Assembly (NCBI GenBank): GCA_015069195.1
Contig: SVJA01000003.1
Span: 129,838-193,837 of the forward strand
Origin: Oscillospiraceae bacterium
Lineage (GTDB): Bacteria; Bacillota; Clostridia; UBA1212
DNA: 64,000 nt
Reading direction: 5' to 3'
Shown: one piece after another, positions 21,240 through 29,290 of the stretch
How the letters are laid out: each line of letters starts with the position of its first letter
How positions within the stretch are numbered: position 1 is the first letter of the stretch
The notes under the pieces: generated by a model
Database searches by the model: none
Told to the model about the DNA's origin: nothing
Seen by the model: only the letters and a program-made list of their open reading frames with translations
Translations under genes and position numbers: made by a program

Positions 21240-21980
21240 ATGGATATGACTTCCGATAAAGAAAATTTTGATACAGAATTAAATATTGAACTGAAAGAAG
21301 AGGAGCAAATCGAAGATTTGCTTTGTAACGGTTTAAAAATAATACAGCGCCGCGGAGTGTTCCGTTTCGGAACGGACGCCGTCTTACTGGCGAACAACTC
21401 CGTTGTTCCACGCGGCGCCACGGTGCTCGACATCGGTACCGGCACCGGCATTATACCGCTTTTGCTCAGTGCCAAAACAGATGCCTCACATATTACCGGC
21501 ATAGAATTACAACCTGATATGGCGGATATGGCTCGCCGAAGTGTGTCAATGAACGGTCTCGGTGACAAGATTGATATTGTCTGCGGAAATATATGCGATG
21601 CGGTATTGATATTCGGTAAAGCGGTTTTTGATGTAATTGTTACAAATCCGCCGTACAAAAGAAGCGGAAGCGGCATAATAAATTCGAATGATGCCAAAAC
21701 ATTGGCACGGCACGAAACGGCAGGCACGCTTGATGATTTTATTAGGGTATCTGCATTGCTTTTAAAACCGATGGGACGGTTCAACATGATCTGCAGACCG
21801 GAGAGGCTTTGTGACACAATGGAATCACTCAGAAAATATGGACTTGAACCGAAAGAGCTTACAATGGTGCATTCGGATTACAATAAGCCGCCCGTGATGT
21901 TTTTATTGAATGCTGTAAAGGGCGGCGGCAAAAATCTTATGGTAAAGGTACCGTTGCTGATAGACAATACAAATTATTGA
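21240..21980 (+). CDS. SAM-dependent methyltransferase, YabB/TrmN6-like (NPPY motif)
   Basis: GTGTG SAM motif, NPPY; synteny with rsmI as in B. subtilis yabB-yabC. Confidence 0.85.
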   Translation: MDMTSDKENFDTELNIELKEEEQIEDLLCNGLKIIQRRGVFRFGTDAVLLANNSVVPRGATVLDIGTGTGIIPLLLSAKTDASHITGIELQPDMADMARRSVSMNGLGDKIDIVCGNICDAVLIFGKAVFDVIVTNPPYKRSGSGIINSNDAKTLARHETAGTLDDFIRVSALLLKPMGRFNMICRPERLCDTMESLRKYGLEPKELTMVHSDYNKPPVMFLLNAVKGGGKNLMVKVPLLIDNTNY

Positions 21981-22012
21981 CAATTGCTTTCAAAGATTGA
22001 AAGGAACAAATT

Positions 22013-22861
22013 ATGTTATACATAGTAGCAACTCCCATAGGAAACTTAGGAGACATAACATACAGAGCGCTTGAAACGTTGAAAAACGTAGATTTGATAG
22101 CGGCAGAGGATACAAGACATACTGCTAAGCTTCTGGCGCATTTTGATATACAAAAACCGCTCGTAAGTTATTACGAGCATAATAAAATGGCTCGCGGTCC
22201 TCAACTAATAGAAAAACTTATGGACGGGGAAAATATTGCCCTTGTATCGGACGCAGGTACTCCCGGCATATCAGATCCCGGAGAAGATCTGATCCGACTT
22301 GCTATAGAAAACGGCATAGAAGTTACAATGATTCCGGGAGCCGTTGCAGGCATTATGGGGCTTGTTCTTTCCGGTCTTCCGACCGGAAGGTTTGTGTTCG
22401 AAGGTTTTTTGCCCGAGGACAAAAAAAAACGTGCAGAGCGGATTTCCAAAATAAAGTTTGAGGACAGAACCGTAATTCTGTACGAGTCACCGTACAATAT
22501 AATCAGAACGCTCAAAGATATAGAAGCTTTTGCTCCCGACAGAACCGTAGTTATTTGCCGTGAAATGACAAAAAAATTCGAAGAGTTCAGAAGATGTACT
22601 GCTACAGAACACCTGGCTTACTTTGAAGAGAACGAACCTCGTGGCGAATTTGTTGTTATTCTCCAAGGTTATGACGGAGAGTTGCCGGACAATGCGGCTG
22701 CAAATACCGTGATAACCGATGAAGTTGTATACAACAAAGTATGCGAACTTATGGACAGCGGTATGGACAGAAAAAAGGCCATAAAAAGTGCGGCTGAAGT
22801 CTTATCGATATCAAGAAACGAAGCTTATGCCGCCTATGAAAAAATATATAAAAGAGAATAA
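22013..22861 (+). CDS. rsmI: 16S rRNA (cytidine1402-2'-O)-methyltransferase
   Basis: MLYIVATPIGNLGDIT... tetrapyrrole-methylase fold RsmI. Confidence 0.93.
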   Translation: MLYIVATPIGNLGDITYRALETLKNVDLIAAEDTRHTAKLLAHFDIQKPLVSYYEHNKMARGPQLIEKLMDGENIALVSDAGTPGISDPGEDLIRLAIENGIEVTMIPGAVAGIMGLVLSGLPTGRFVFEGFLPEDKKKRAERISKIKFEDRTVILYESPYNIIRTLKDIEAFAPDRTVVICREMTKKFEEFRRCTATEHLAYFEENEPRGEFVVILQGYDGELPDNAAANTVITDEVVYNKVCELMDSGMDRKKAIKSAAEVLSISRNEAYAAYEKIYKRE

Positions 22862-22866
22862 AAATT

Positions 22867-22930
22867 TTGCCCGCCGGCAATGTTCGGAAATCGGTCCGAT
22901 ATCCGATTATTCAAACATCGCCGGCGGGCT
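22867..22930. terminator. long-loop GC hairpin between convergent rsmI and abrB-like gene
   Basis: TTGCCCGCCGGC ... GCCGGCGGGCTG + TTTTTT. Confidence 0.45.
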
Positions 22931-22936
22931 GCTTTT

Positions 22937-23209
22937 TTAGTTGGCGGCGTATTCTACCGCGTTATAAATGCTTGCAAATTCTGCCAGACATTCACTGCAG
23001 ATATTCTTTCCTTTGTAGACGGTAAGCTCACCTGCATTTGAGCAAAAAGAGCAGGACGGAGCATACTTTTTAAGTATAATCATATTTCCGTCTGTAAATA
23101 TTTCCATGGAATCTCTGTCCGTGATATCCATACGGCGGCGAAGGTCGATGGGTAAAACGACTCTTCCCAATTCATCAAGTTTTCTTACTACTCCTGTAGA
23201 TTTCATCAT
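22937..23209 (-). CDS. abrB: AbrB-family transition-state regulator homolog with Cys4 C-terminal domain
   Basis: N-terminal swapped-hairpin STGVVRKLDELGRVVLPIDLRR; position after rsmI as in Bacillus; C-terminus CSFC...CSEC. Confidence 0.8.
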   Translation of the reverse strand: MMKSTGVVRKLDELGRVVLPIDLRRRMDITDRDSMEIFTDGNMIILKKYAPSCSFCSNAGELTVYKGKNICSECLAEFASIYNAVEYAAN

Positions 23210-23289
23210 AATAGTGTCCTCCTGTTATTTAGGTTATGAAATGTATTTTTTGTAAAGTTGTTGTTTACAAGCAAGATGTTACAGCGGTA

Positions 23290-23296
23290 TTCGACA
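23290..23296 (-). promoter_or_regulatory. Spo0A box (TGTCGAA on minus strand) upstream of abrB homolog
   Basis: Exact 0A-box heptamer ~80 nt upstream of start codon. Confidence 0.4.
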
Positions 23297-23471
23297 TTGT
23301 TCAATGATAATTGTAATTATTTCCCAAGAATTGCGAATAATCCTTTTATTTAAAGCATTTTTCATTTAAATTATTTCCCTTGATTTTTGGATATTTCCCA
23401 ATAAAAAAGTAATATTCCCTGAAAGCCTGGCATACTTTTTAAAGACAAACTATTATTGGCAGCGGAATTTT

Positions 23472-24110
23472 ATGCTTAATTATATATGGGTCTTTTTGCT
23501 CGGCGGCGGGATACTTTTCGGTATAGCAAACGGCAGGGCTGATGAGGTAGGAGAGGCCATCATTGAATCTTGCGGAAATGCTGTCGAGTTTTGTATCGGG
23601 ATTGCCGGCATTACCGCTTTTTGGTGCGGAATAATGGATATATTAAGTCAGACCGGGGCGATAAGTTTTGTTTCAAAGTTGTTGAAACCGATAATAAAAA
23701 GGTTGTTTCCTGAGACCGTTTCGAATGAAAAAGCCGGTGAATACATTATTACAAATATAAGTGCGAATCTGTTCGGGCTCGGAAACGGTGCAACTCCGTC
23801 GGGAATCGGTGCCGTAACGGAGCTTCAAAAGGAACATATCAGGTTGTCGGGAGATACCGGAACCGGCGTTGCATCAGACAGTGTAGGTCTTTTTCTGGTG
23901 ATAAATTCCACTGCTTTTCAGCTTATTCCTTCTACCGTTATGGCGATACTTGCATCAAGCGGTTCTGTCTACGCATCCAAAATCATACTTCCGGTGTGGA
24001 TAGTTTCAATCCTTTCACTCTTGTCGGGCGTGATAACTTTCTATATTTCAAAGTATATGCGCCGAGGTTTAAAAAATATTGTGCGTGGCAGGGGAGGCAG
24101 CAGACATTGA
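23472..24110 (+). CDS. spmA: spore maturation protein A (nucleoside-recognition domain)
   Basis: SpmA family membrane protein. Confidence 0.85.
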   Translation: MLNYIWVFLLGGGILFGIANGRADEVGEAIIESCGNAVEFCIGIAGITAFWCGIMDILSQTGAISFVSKLLKPIIKRLFPETVSNEKAGEYIITNISANLFGLGNGATPSGIGAVTELQKEHIRLSGDTGTGVASDSVGLFLVINSTAFQLIPSTVMAILASSGSVYASKIILPVWIVSILSLLSGVITFYISKYMRRGLKNIVRGRGGSRH

Positions 24111-24610
24111 ACCTTGTAATTCCTACTTTTGTTTTTATTACGATTGTTTGCGGTGTAATATTTAGAGTGCCGTGTCTTGATTCATTTAAAAATGGTGCGA
24201 CAGAGGGGCTTGAAACGATCTTGAAACTTGTTCCTACGTTGATAGGGCTTATATGTGCTGTGGGCGTTTTTCGTGCAAGCGGACTTATGGATATAATTTC
24301 AGGTATGATGGTTCCTGTTTTTGAAAGATTTGGGGTAGAATCAGATATTTCTGCAATGGTACTAATGCGGCCGGTTTCCGGAAGCGCAGCGCTTGCAATA
24401 CTTAAAGATATTATTAAAGGTTGCGGAGAAAATTCCAAAACCGTTGCGGCTGCGGCGATAATGATGGGTTCTACCGAGACTATTTTGTACACATTGACAG
24501 TGTATACTTCCGAAACAAAGCTAAAAAAAGTTCCGAATGTTATTCCGGCTGTTATCGTTTCAACGATTGTTTCGACAATAGGTGCAATTATAGCGGCTGG
24601 GCTGATCTGA
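24107..24610 (+). CDS. spmB: spore maturation protein B
   Basis: TTG 24107 overlapping spmA stop; MNLVIPTFVFITI... SpmB. Confidence 0.8.
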   Translation: MNLVIPTFVFITIVCGVIFRVPCLDSFKNGATEGLETILKLVPTLIGLICAVGVFRASGLMDIISGMMVPVFERFGVESDISAMVLMRPVSGSAALAILKDIIKGCGENSKTVAAAAIMMGSTETILYTLTVYTSETKLKKVPNVIPAVIVSTIVSTIGAIIAAGLI

Positions 24611-24699
24611 AGTATTTTTCGGTTGTGAGAATTTGTGTATAGGTGTATTATATTTGTGCAAATAAACTTTATTTACAGCAATTTCCGGGATTGATAGAT

Positions 24700-26712
24700 A
24701 TGCACAGAATTCTTCTTGATAAATCAAAAATTATTGTGTTTTTACTGATTGTATCGGTTATTTTCGTTTTTGCATCTTGTGCGGGGCAGGCGGAGAATAC
24801 ATTGTTCCCTTCCGAAAATGAGACTACGGCAGAAGTTTCGGTTCCGTCATCGTCAAATTCTTTCAATGTAAAAACTTTTGAAAGTTTAGAGGCGATTTCC
24901 GCATACAGCCATTGTGAAAAAGTGACAATACAAGGAAATATAGAACTTGCCGGGGATATTGTGTTTAATAATCCTGTCGATATAACGGTAAAGGGTTTTA
25001 TTGTGTCAAATACGCATTCCGTTATTGTAAAGAGTGATAAAAAAACCGTGATAAATGTAGATATAACATCCGGAAGTACTGTATCCGAGGGCGCAATAAT
25101 AATTGATGCCCCGAATTCTGCATTGAATTGGACAGGCGGCTGTGTGCCGGGCGTAGAGCATGTAATTGAAAATATGAATGTGAAGTCATTTAATGACAAT
25201 GACCTGAGCGAAAGGCTTACGGGCGGAACGGGCAAATCTGTTTTTGAAAGCGTTTCACTAAAAGATCCGAAAGGCTCTGATATCGGTTGTGAGTTCTCGG
25301 TAAAAGGGAATGTAATAACTGTACTTTATCCTTTTTCTTTGCATGAAAATAAATTGCGTGATTCCGAAATAGAAATTTCAGCGTCTGATTGTAAAGAAAA
25401 ATTAATTACGGACAGGAATAAAAATAAAGCGGACAAGCTTTCCCTTAACGGTAAGTATGTGTTGACGTTGAGTGACGACGAAGGCAATACACGCGGATAT
25501 TATTTAAATATAAAACGTCGATGTGAAAGTCTTCCGGTTATTTCAGTTTATACGGATGGCGGAAAGAGCATAGACAGCAAAGAAACATATGTTTCGGCTC
25601 AGCTTGGAATTGATTGCAGCGGTTCGAAGGAATACAAAAATTTTTCACTTGATACAAAATCAGTGGGAATTAAAGGTCGTGGAAATGCATCGTGGAATTA
25701 CACTGACAAAAAAGCGTACAGACTTAAATTTGATGAAAAAGTTTCTGTTTTAGGTATGAAAGCCGACAAAGATTGGGTTCTTGTGCCAAATTACTTTGAT
25801 AAAAGTCTGATACGGAATGTTACTGCGCACGAACTTGCAAAGCAGATGGAAAATCTTGAGTACACGCCTACTCATATTTTGGTGGATTTGTTTTTGAACG
25901 GCGAGTATCGCGGTGTCTATACGATTGCTGATAAGATAGAGGTATCAAATAACAAGGTTGATATCGAAACCTCCGACAACGTAGTAAATCCGGGATTTTT
26001 GATAGAGATAGGTTGGGATTATTCATCTGAAAACATATATGGTAAAGACTATTTTGATGTTGAAATTATAAAGAGACTGTATGTAAAAGATCCGGAAATT
26101 ACGTCAAGATATAACAGCCGTATGAACGATATTATCGAGTATGTAAGATTGACGGACAGGGCGATTTCGTCAGGCGAGGGATACGAGAAATACATCGATG
26201 TTGATTCAATGGTAGATTGGTTTATAATCGCCGAACTCACAAACAATACTGAGATGGCATTTTACAGGAGTTGTTATTTTTACAGAGAAGAGGGAGGCAA
26301 AATTAAAATGGGCCCCGTCTGGGACTTTGATATGGCATTCGGAAACCACAGCGCAGATATATCCGGATATGACGGATGGGCAACTGCTGAGGCAGAGTTT
26401 GCGTATGTAAATGACACATGGACTACTTATCTTATAAAAGATAAAGTGTTTATGGATAAAGTACGTGCACGCTGGAATGAAAAGAAAGAAATCCTTTTAA
26501 AGACTGCAGAAGATACAATAGACAATTCTCTGGCGATAATAGGTGATTCGCAAACAGAAAACTTCAAAAAGTGGGATATTCTAGGCAAGCAAATCGGAGA
26601 GGGAAATGTCGATTACAATGAGTATGATACATACGAAAAGCAGGTTGAATATGTGCGTGAATTTGTGGAAAAACGTGCGGAATGGATGACCAATCGGCTG
26701 AACAACGGTTGA
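24700..26712 (+). CDS. CotH-family (spore-coat protein H kinase fold) lipoprotein
   Basis: Lipoprotein signal peptide ...VFASC from ATG 24700; CotH motifs GRGNASWNY, YRLKF, LRN; upstream GTG 24643 start less likely. Confidence 0.8.
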   Translation: MHRILLDKSKIIVFLLIVSVIFVFASCAGQAENTLFPSENETTAEVSVPSSSNSFNVKTFESLEAISAYSHCEKVTIQGNIELAGDIVFNNPVDITVKGFIVSNTHSVIVKSDKKTVINVDITSGSTVSEGAIIIDAPNSALNWTGGCVPGVEHVIENMNVKSFNDNDLSERLTGGTGKSVFESVSLKDPKGSDIGCEFSVKGNVITVLYPFSLHENKLRDSEIEISASDCKEKLITDRNKNKADKLSLNGKYVLTLSDDEGNTRGYYLNIKRRCESLPVISVYTDGGKSIDSKETYVSAQLGIDCSGSKEYKNFSLDTKSVGIKGRGNASWNYTDKKAYRLKFDEKVSVLGMKADKDWVLVPNYFDKSLIRNVTAHELAKQMENLEYTPTHILVDLFLNGEYRGVYTIADKIEVSNNKVDIETSDNVVNPGFLIEIGWDYSSENIYGKDYFDVEIIKRLYVKDPEITSRYNSRMNDIIEYVRLTDRAISSGEGYEKYIDVDSMVDWFIIAELTNNTEMAFYRSCYFYREEGGKIKMGPVWDFDMAFGNHSADISGYDGWATAEAEFAYVNDTWTTYLIKDKVFMDKVRARWNEKKEILLKTAEDTIDNSLAIIGDSQTENFKKWDILGKQIGEGNVDYNEYDTYEKQVEYVREFVEKRAEWMTNRLNNG

Positions 26713-26731
26713 TTTTTCGGAGGATTAATCG

Positions 26732-27625
26732 GTGAAAAAAACTGATAATGTGAACAGATACATAAAAAATACCGCGCTCATTCTTGCTTTTCTGACAGCG
26801 GTCTCATATATATTATTTATTTGGAAGTCTCCTGTGTTTGATATATTGGAAACTGCTGTGAACACTGTTGAAGCGGAAAGCTTTACTGTTGTGATGAATA
26901 AAGACGGTAAAGATACGGAGTATAGAATCGTTATAGACTTTAAAAATGAAGATATAGCGATGTTATCGGAAAGTAATGCCGGGAATTTTGTTAGCGGAAT
27001 ATACGGTGGTTATTACTTTGAATGTGAATTTATTTCCGGGGAAAATAAGTTCAGCGGCTCTAAAAAAGATATAACGAAAGACATAGAGACTTTATTCGTA
27101 CGATGGAATGATATAAAAAACGGAACCGTTGACAGCTTTGATGCGGAAAGTGTGTTTGATTTTTTAAGCATTATAACAGGAACGGACAGCAAGGTAATAA
27201 GGGCTCACATAGATGAGACAAATTTAAAAAAAACGGTTCTGTCGGCGTTTAAAATATTAAGTGATCGTGAGTGGATGACGGAGTGTCTTAGTCATAAAAG
27301 AGTTATAAAGACCGATTCCGTAACGAATTGTTTTGATTTTAATTTTACGATTCTGGGCGAAACAGTACACGGTCTTTTGATAGAATGCGCGAAAACTTCA
27401 TTTGCCGAATTTGCAATCGAAGATATTACGAGGAAAATCAAGTCGTTAGAGAGCACGATGGTCTTAAAAACGGACCTCACAACAAAACACGGATACCTTA
27501 AAACTGTTACTATGTACGGTGAAAAAAACGGCACAGAATTCAAACTCGAATATGAATTCAAAAACATAGGGAAAACGAAAATAGAAGCCAATGAGTTATC
27601 AAAATATATTGAATATTGCATTTGA
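26732..27625 (+). CDS. hypothetical N-terminally membrane-anchored protein
   Basis: GTG start after GGAGG; single N-terminal TM; no recognisable family. Confidence 0.6.
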   Translation: MKKTDNVNRYIKNTALILAFLTAVSYILFIWKSPVFDILETAVNTVEAESFTVVMNKDGKDTEYRIVIDFKNEDIAMLSESNAGNFVSGIYGGYYFECEFISGENKFSGSKKDITKDIETLFVRWNDIKNGTVDSFDAESVFDFLSIITGTDSKVIRAHIDETNLKKTVLSAFKILSDREWMTECLSHKRVIKTDSVTNCFDFNFTILGETVHGLLIECAKTSFAEFAIEDITRKIKSLESTMVLKTDLTTKHGYLKTVTMYGEKNGTEFKLEYEFKNIGKTKIEANELSKYIEYCI

Positions 27626-27634
27626 TATTTTTTC

Positions 27635-27663
27635 TTGCCAACATTATTGTTTTCAGTTATACT
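27635..27663 (+). promoter_or_regulatory. sigma-A type promoter upstream of hpf (TTGCCA-17-TATACT)
   Basis: Motif spacing exact; ~110-nt leader. Confidence 0.45.
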
Positions 27664-27783
27664 AAATTTAACAAAAGGACAGGCATCGGGAGCGGTTCGG
27701 TGCGGGGATTAAGATTTGATATGGAAATTTTTACACGGCTGACTTAATACCGGTGGCATCCTATATAAAAGGAGGAATTAGGC

Positions 27784-28314
27784 ATGTTAGTAAAGTTTAA
27801 TTGCAAGAATGCAAATTTGTGGAACATCACAATTGAGGCGATGGAAAAGAAAATCGAGTCGAGATTTTCGCGTTACTTCGATACAGATGATGTTGCGGTA
27901 AATGTAAAGGTTACCGAGCAAAAACTTGGATTTAAGGTTGAGCTGACAATGCCGTATTTAGGTCAGCAGCTCAGAGCAGAAGTTACTGATAAAGAAAGCC
28001 CTCTTGCAGCATTTGACAAAGGCATGGATGTTATGGAAAGACAGATGTCGAAATGCAAGACAAAGCTCAAGAGAAATAAGCGCCAAGTGATAGAGGTTGC
28101 CGCAGCGCCTGCAGAATATGCTGAAGACGATACGGATTACGAAGTAGTCAGAACAAAGAATTACGAAATGAAACCGATGACGGTTCAGGATGCTATTTTA
28201 AATATGGAAATGCTCGGACATGCATTCTATATGTTCCGCGATGCAGATACTGGTTCTTATGCTACCGTATATAAGAGGGCAGACGGTGCTTACGGCTTGA
28301 TTGTGCCGAAATAA
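27784..28314 (+). CDS. hpf: ribosome hibernation promoting factor, long form
   Basis: N-terminal RaiA/HPF domain + C-terminal dimerisation domain. Confidence 0.88.
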   Translation: MLVKFNCKNANLWNITIEAMEKKIESRFSRYFDTDDVAVNVKVTEQKLGFKVELTMPYLGQQLRAEVTDKESPLAAFDKGMDVMERQMSKCKTKLKRNKRQVIEVAAAPAEYAEDDTDYEVVRTKNYEMKPMTVQDAILNMEMLGHAFYMFRDADTGSYATVYKRADGAYGLIVPK

Positions 28315-28336
28315 AGTGATAAAATAAGCCTTGGTA

Positions 28337-28373
28337 AAGGCGGCATGCCGCGTATACGTGGTATGCCGCCTTT
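28337..28373 (+). terminator. intrinsic terminator after hpf
   Basis: GGCGGCATGCC...GGTATGCCGCC + TTTTATGTT. Confidence 0.55.
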
Positions 28374-28439
28374 TATGTTGAAAACAATTATACGATTTAT
28401 GTATACAAGCATACAAATCTTAAGGAGCGATGTTCCTCT

Positions 28440-29270
28440 ATGGGAGAAAACGATTTTACAAATGACACAGTGGAAAATGATTTTTCCGATATCGAAAAGG
28501 ATATTCCGACAGAGGATTCTTTGACGGGAAATACAGAGCCTTCCGATGCTGTTGTTTCGGCAGATATTTCCGAAAGTGAGCCGGAAGAAAATATTGATGC
28601 GTCAGAACCTTCAGAGTCTGATGAGATTGCTGAAGACGGTGACGGGTCGTCTGAAAATGAGGCAGACGATGTTCTGGAGCAAAAAGATCATAAGGCTGAC
28701 CTTGACGGATACAGAGCATATCGCAGAAGAACTGTTCAGCAGGACGAAAATGCGAAAAGTGCAGAGAAAAAGGTTTCTTCTAAAAAGTTTACTGATATAA
28801 AGTTCGGAAGTATTTCCATTTATGCGATAGTGCTTGCTTTGTTTACATTGCTGGACTTCTTTGTGGTACATATTTTTGCGAGTAATCAGTCATATAATGT
28901 TTCTGACAAAATACTTTCAGCGCTCGGATTTGATGCGTTGCATTTTACAAATATCACATATTCTCAAATTTGTCTGGGACTCGGATATTTTGTTGCGTTC
29001 CTTCTCGGAGGTATAGTTCTTTTCATACTTATGAAGATTCTCAACAAGTTATTTGAAAATTTCCCGATTGGTAAAATCGGCGGAGCTTATCCTGCTATTG
29101 TACTGGGAATATTTACAATAGTTTTTATTGTGGGATTTGCAATTGCGTATTTTTCGAACGATGCGCTTCTCATTCCGGCTGTATATCGTTGGGGTGCTCC
29201 TGCAGCCGCTTATTTGGGCGGATTGATGTTTTACGGAGCGTCTAAGCTTCATGTAGGTATAGAATACTGA
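28440..29270 (+). CDS. hypothetical protein: ~110-aa acidic disordered N-terminus + 4-TM C-terminal domain
   Basis: D/E/S-rich N-terminus, then hydrophobic helices. Confidence 0.65.
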   Translation: MGENDFTNDTVENDFSDIEKDIPTEDSLTGNTEPSDAVVSADISESEPEENIDASEPSESDEIAEDGDGSSENEADDVLEQKDHKADLDGYRAYRRRTVQQDENAKSAEKKVSSKKFTDIKFGSISIYAIVLALFTLLDFFVVHIFASNQSYNVSDKILSALGFDALHFTNITYSQICLGLGYFVAFLLGGIVLFILMKILNKLFENFPIGKIGGAYPAIVLGIFTIVFIVGFAIAYFSNDALLIPAVYRWGAPAAAYLGGLMFYGASKLHVGIEY

Positions 29271-29290
29271 TAATAAAAGAGGTTGTAGTT

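Noticed and set aside
21050-21817. 255-aa minus-strand ORF
   Set aside because: Antisense to the well-supported YabB/TrmN6-like methyltransferase and overlapping the ferredoxin. Ser-rich low-complexity translation. Shadow ORF.
24643-24699. GTG 24643 start for the CotH-like gene
   Set aside because: The ATG at 24700 begins a textbook lipoprotein signal peptide. The upstream extension (MYYICANKLYLQQFPGLID) lacks an RBS.
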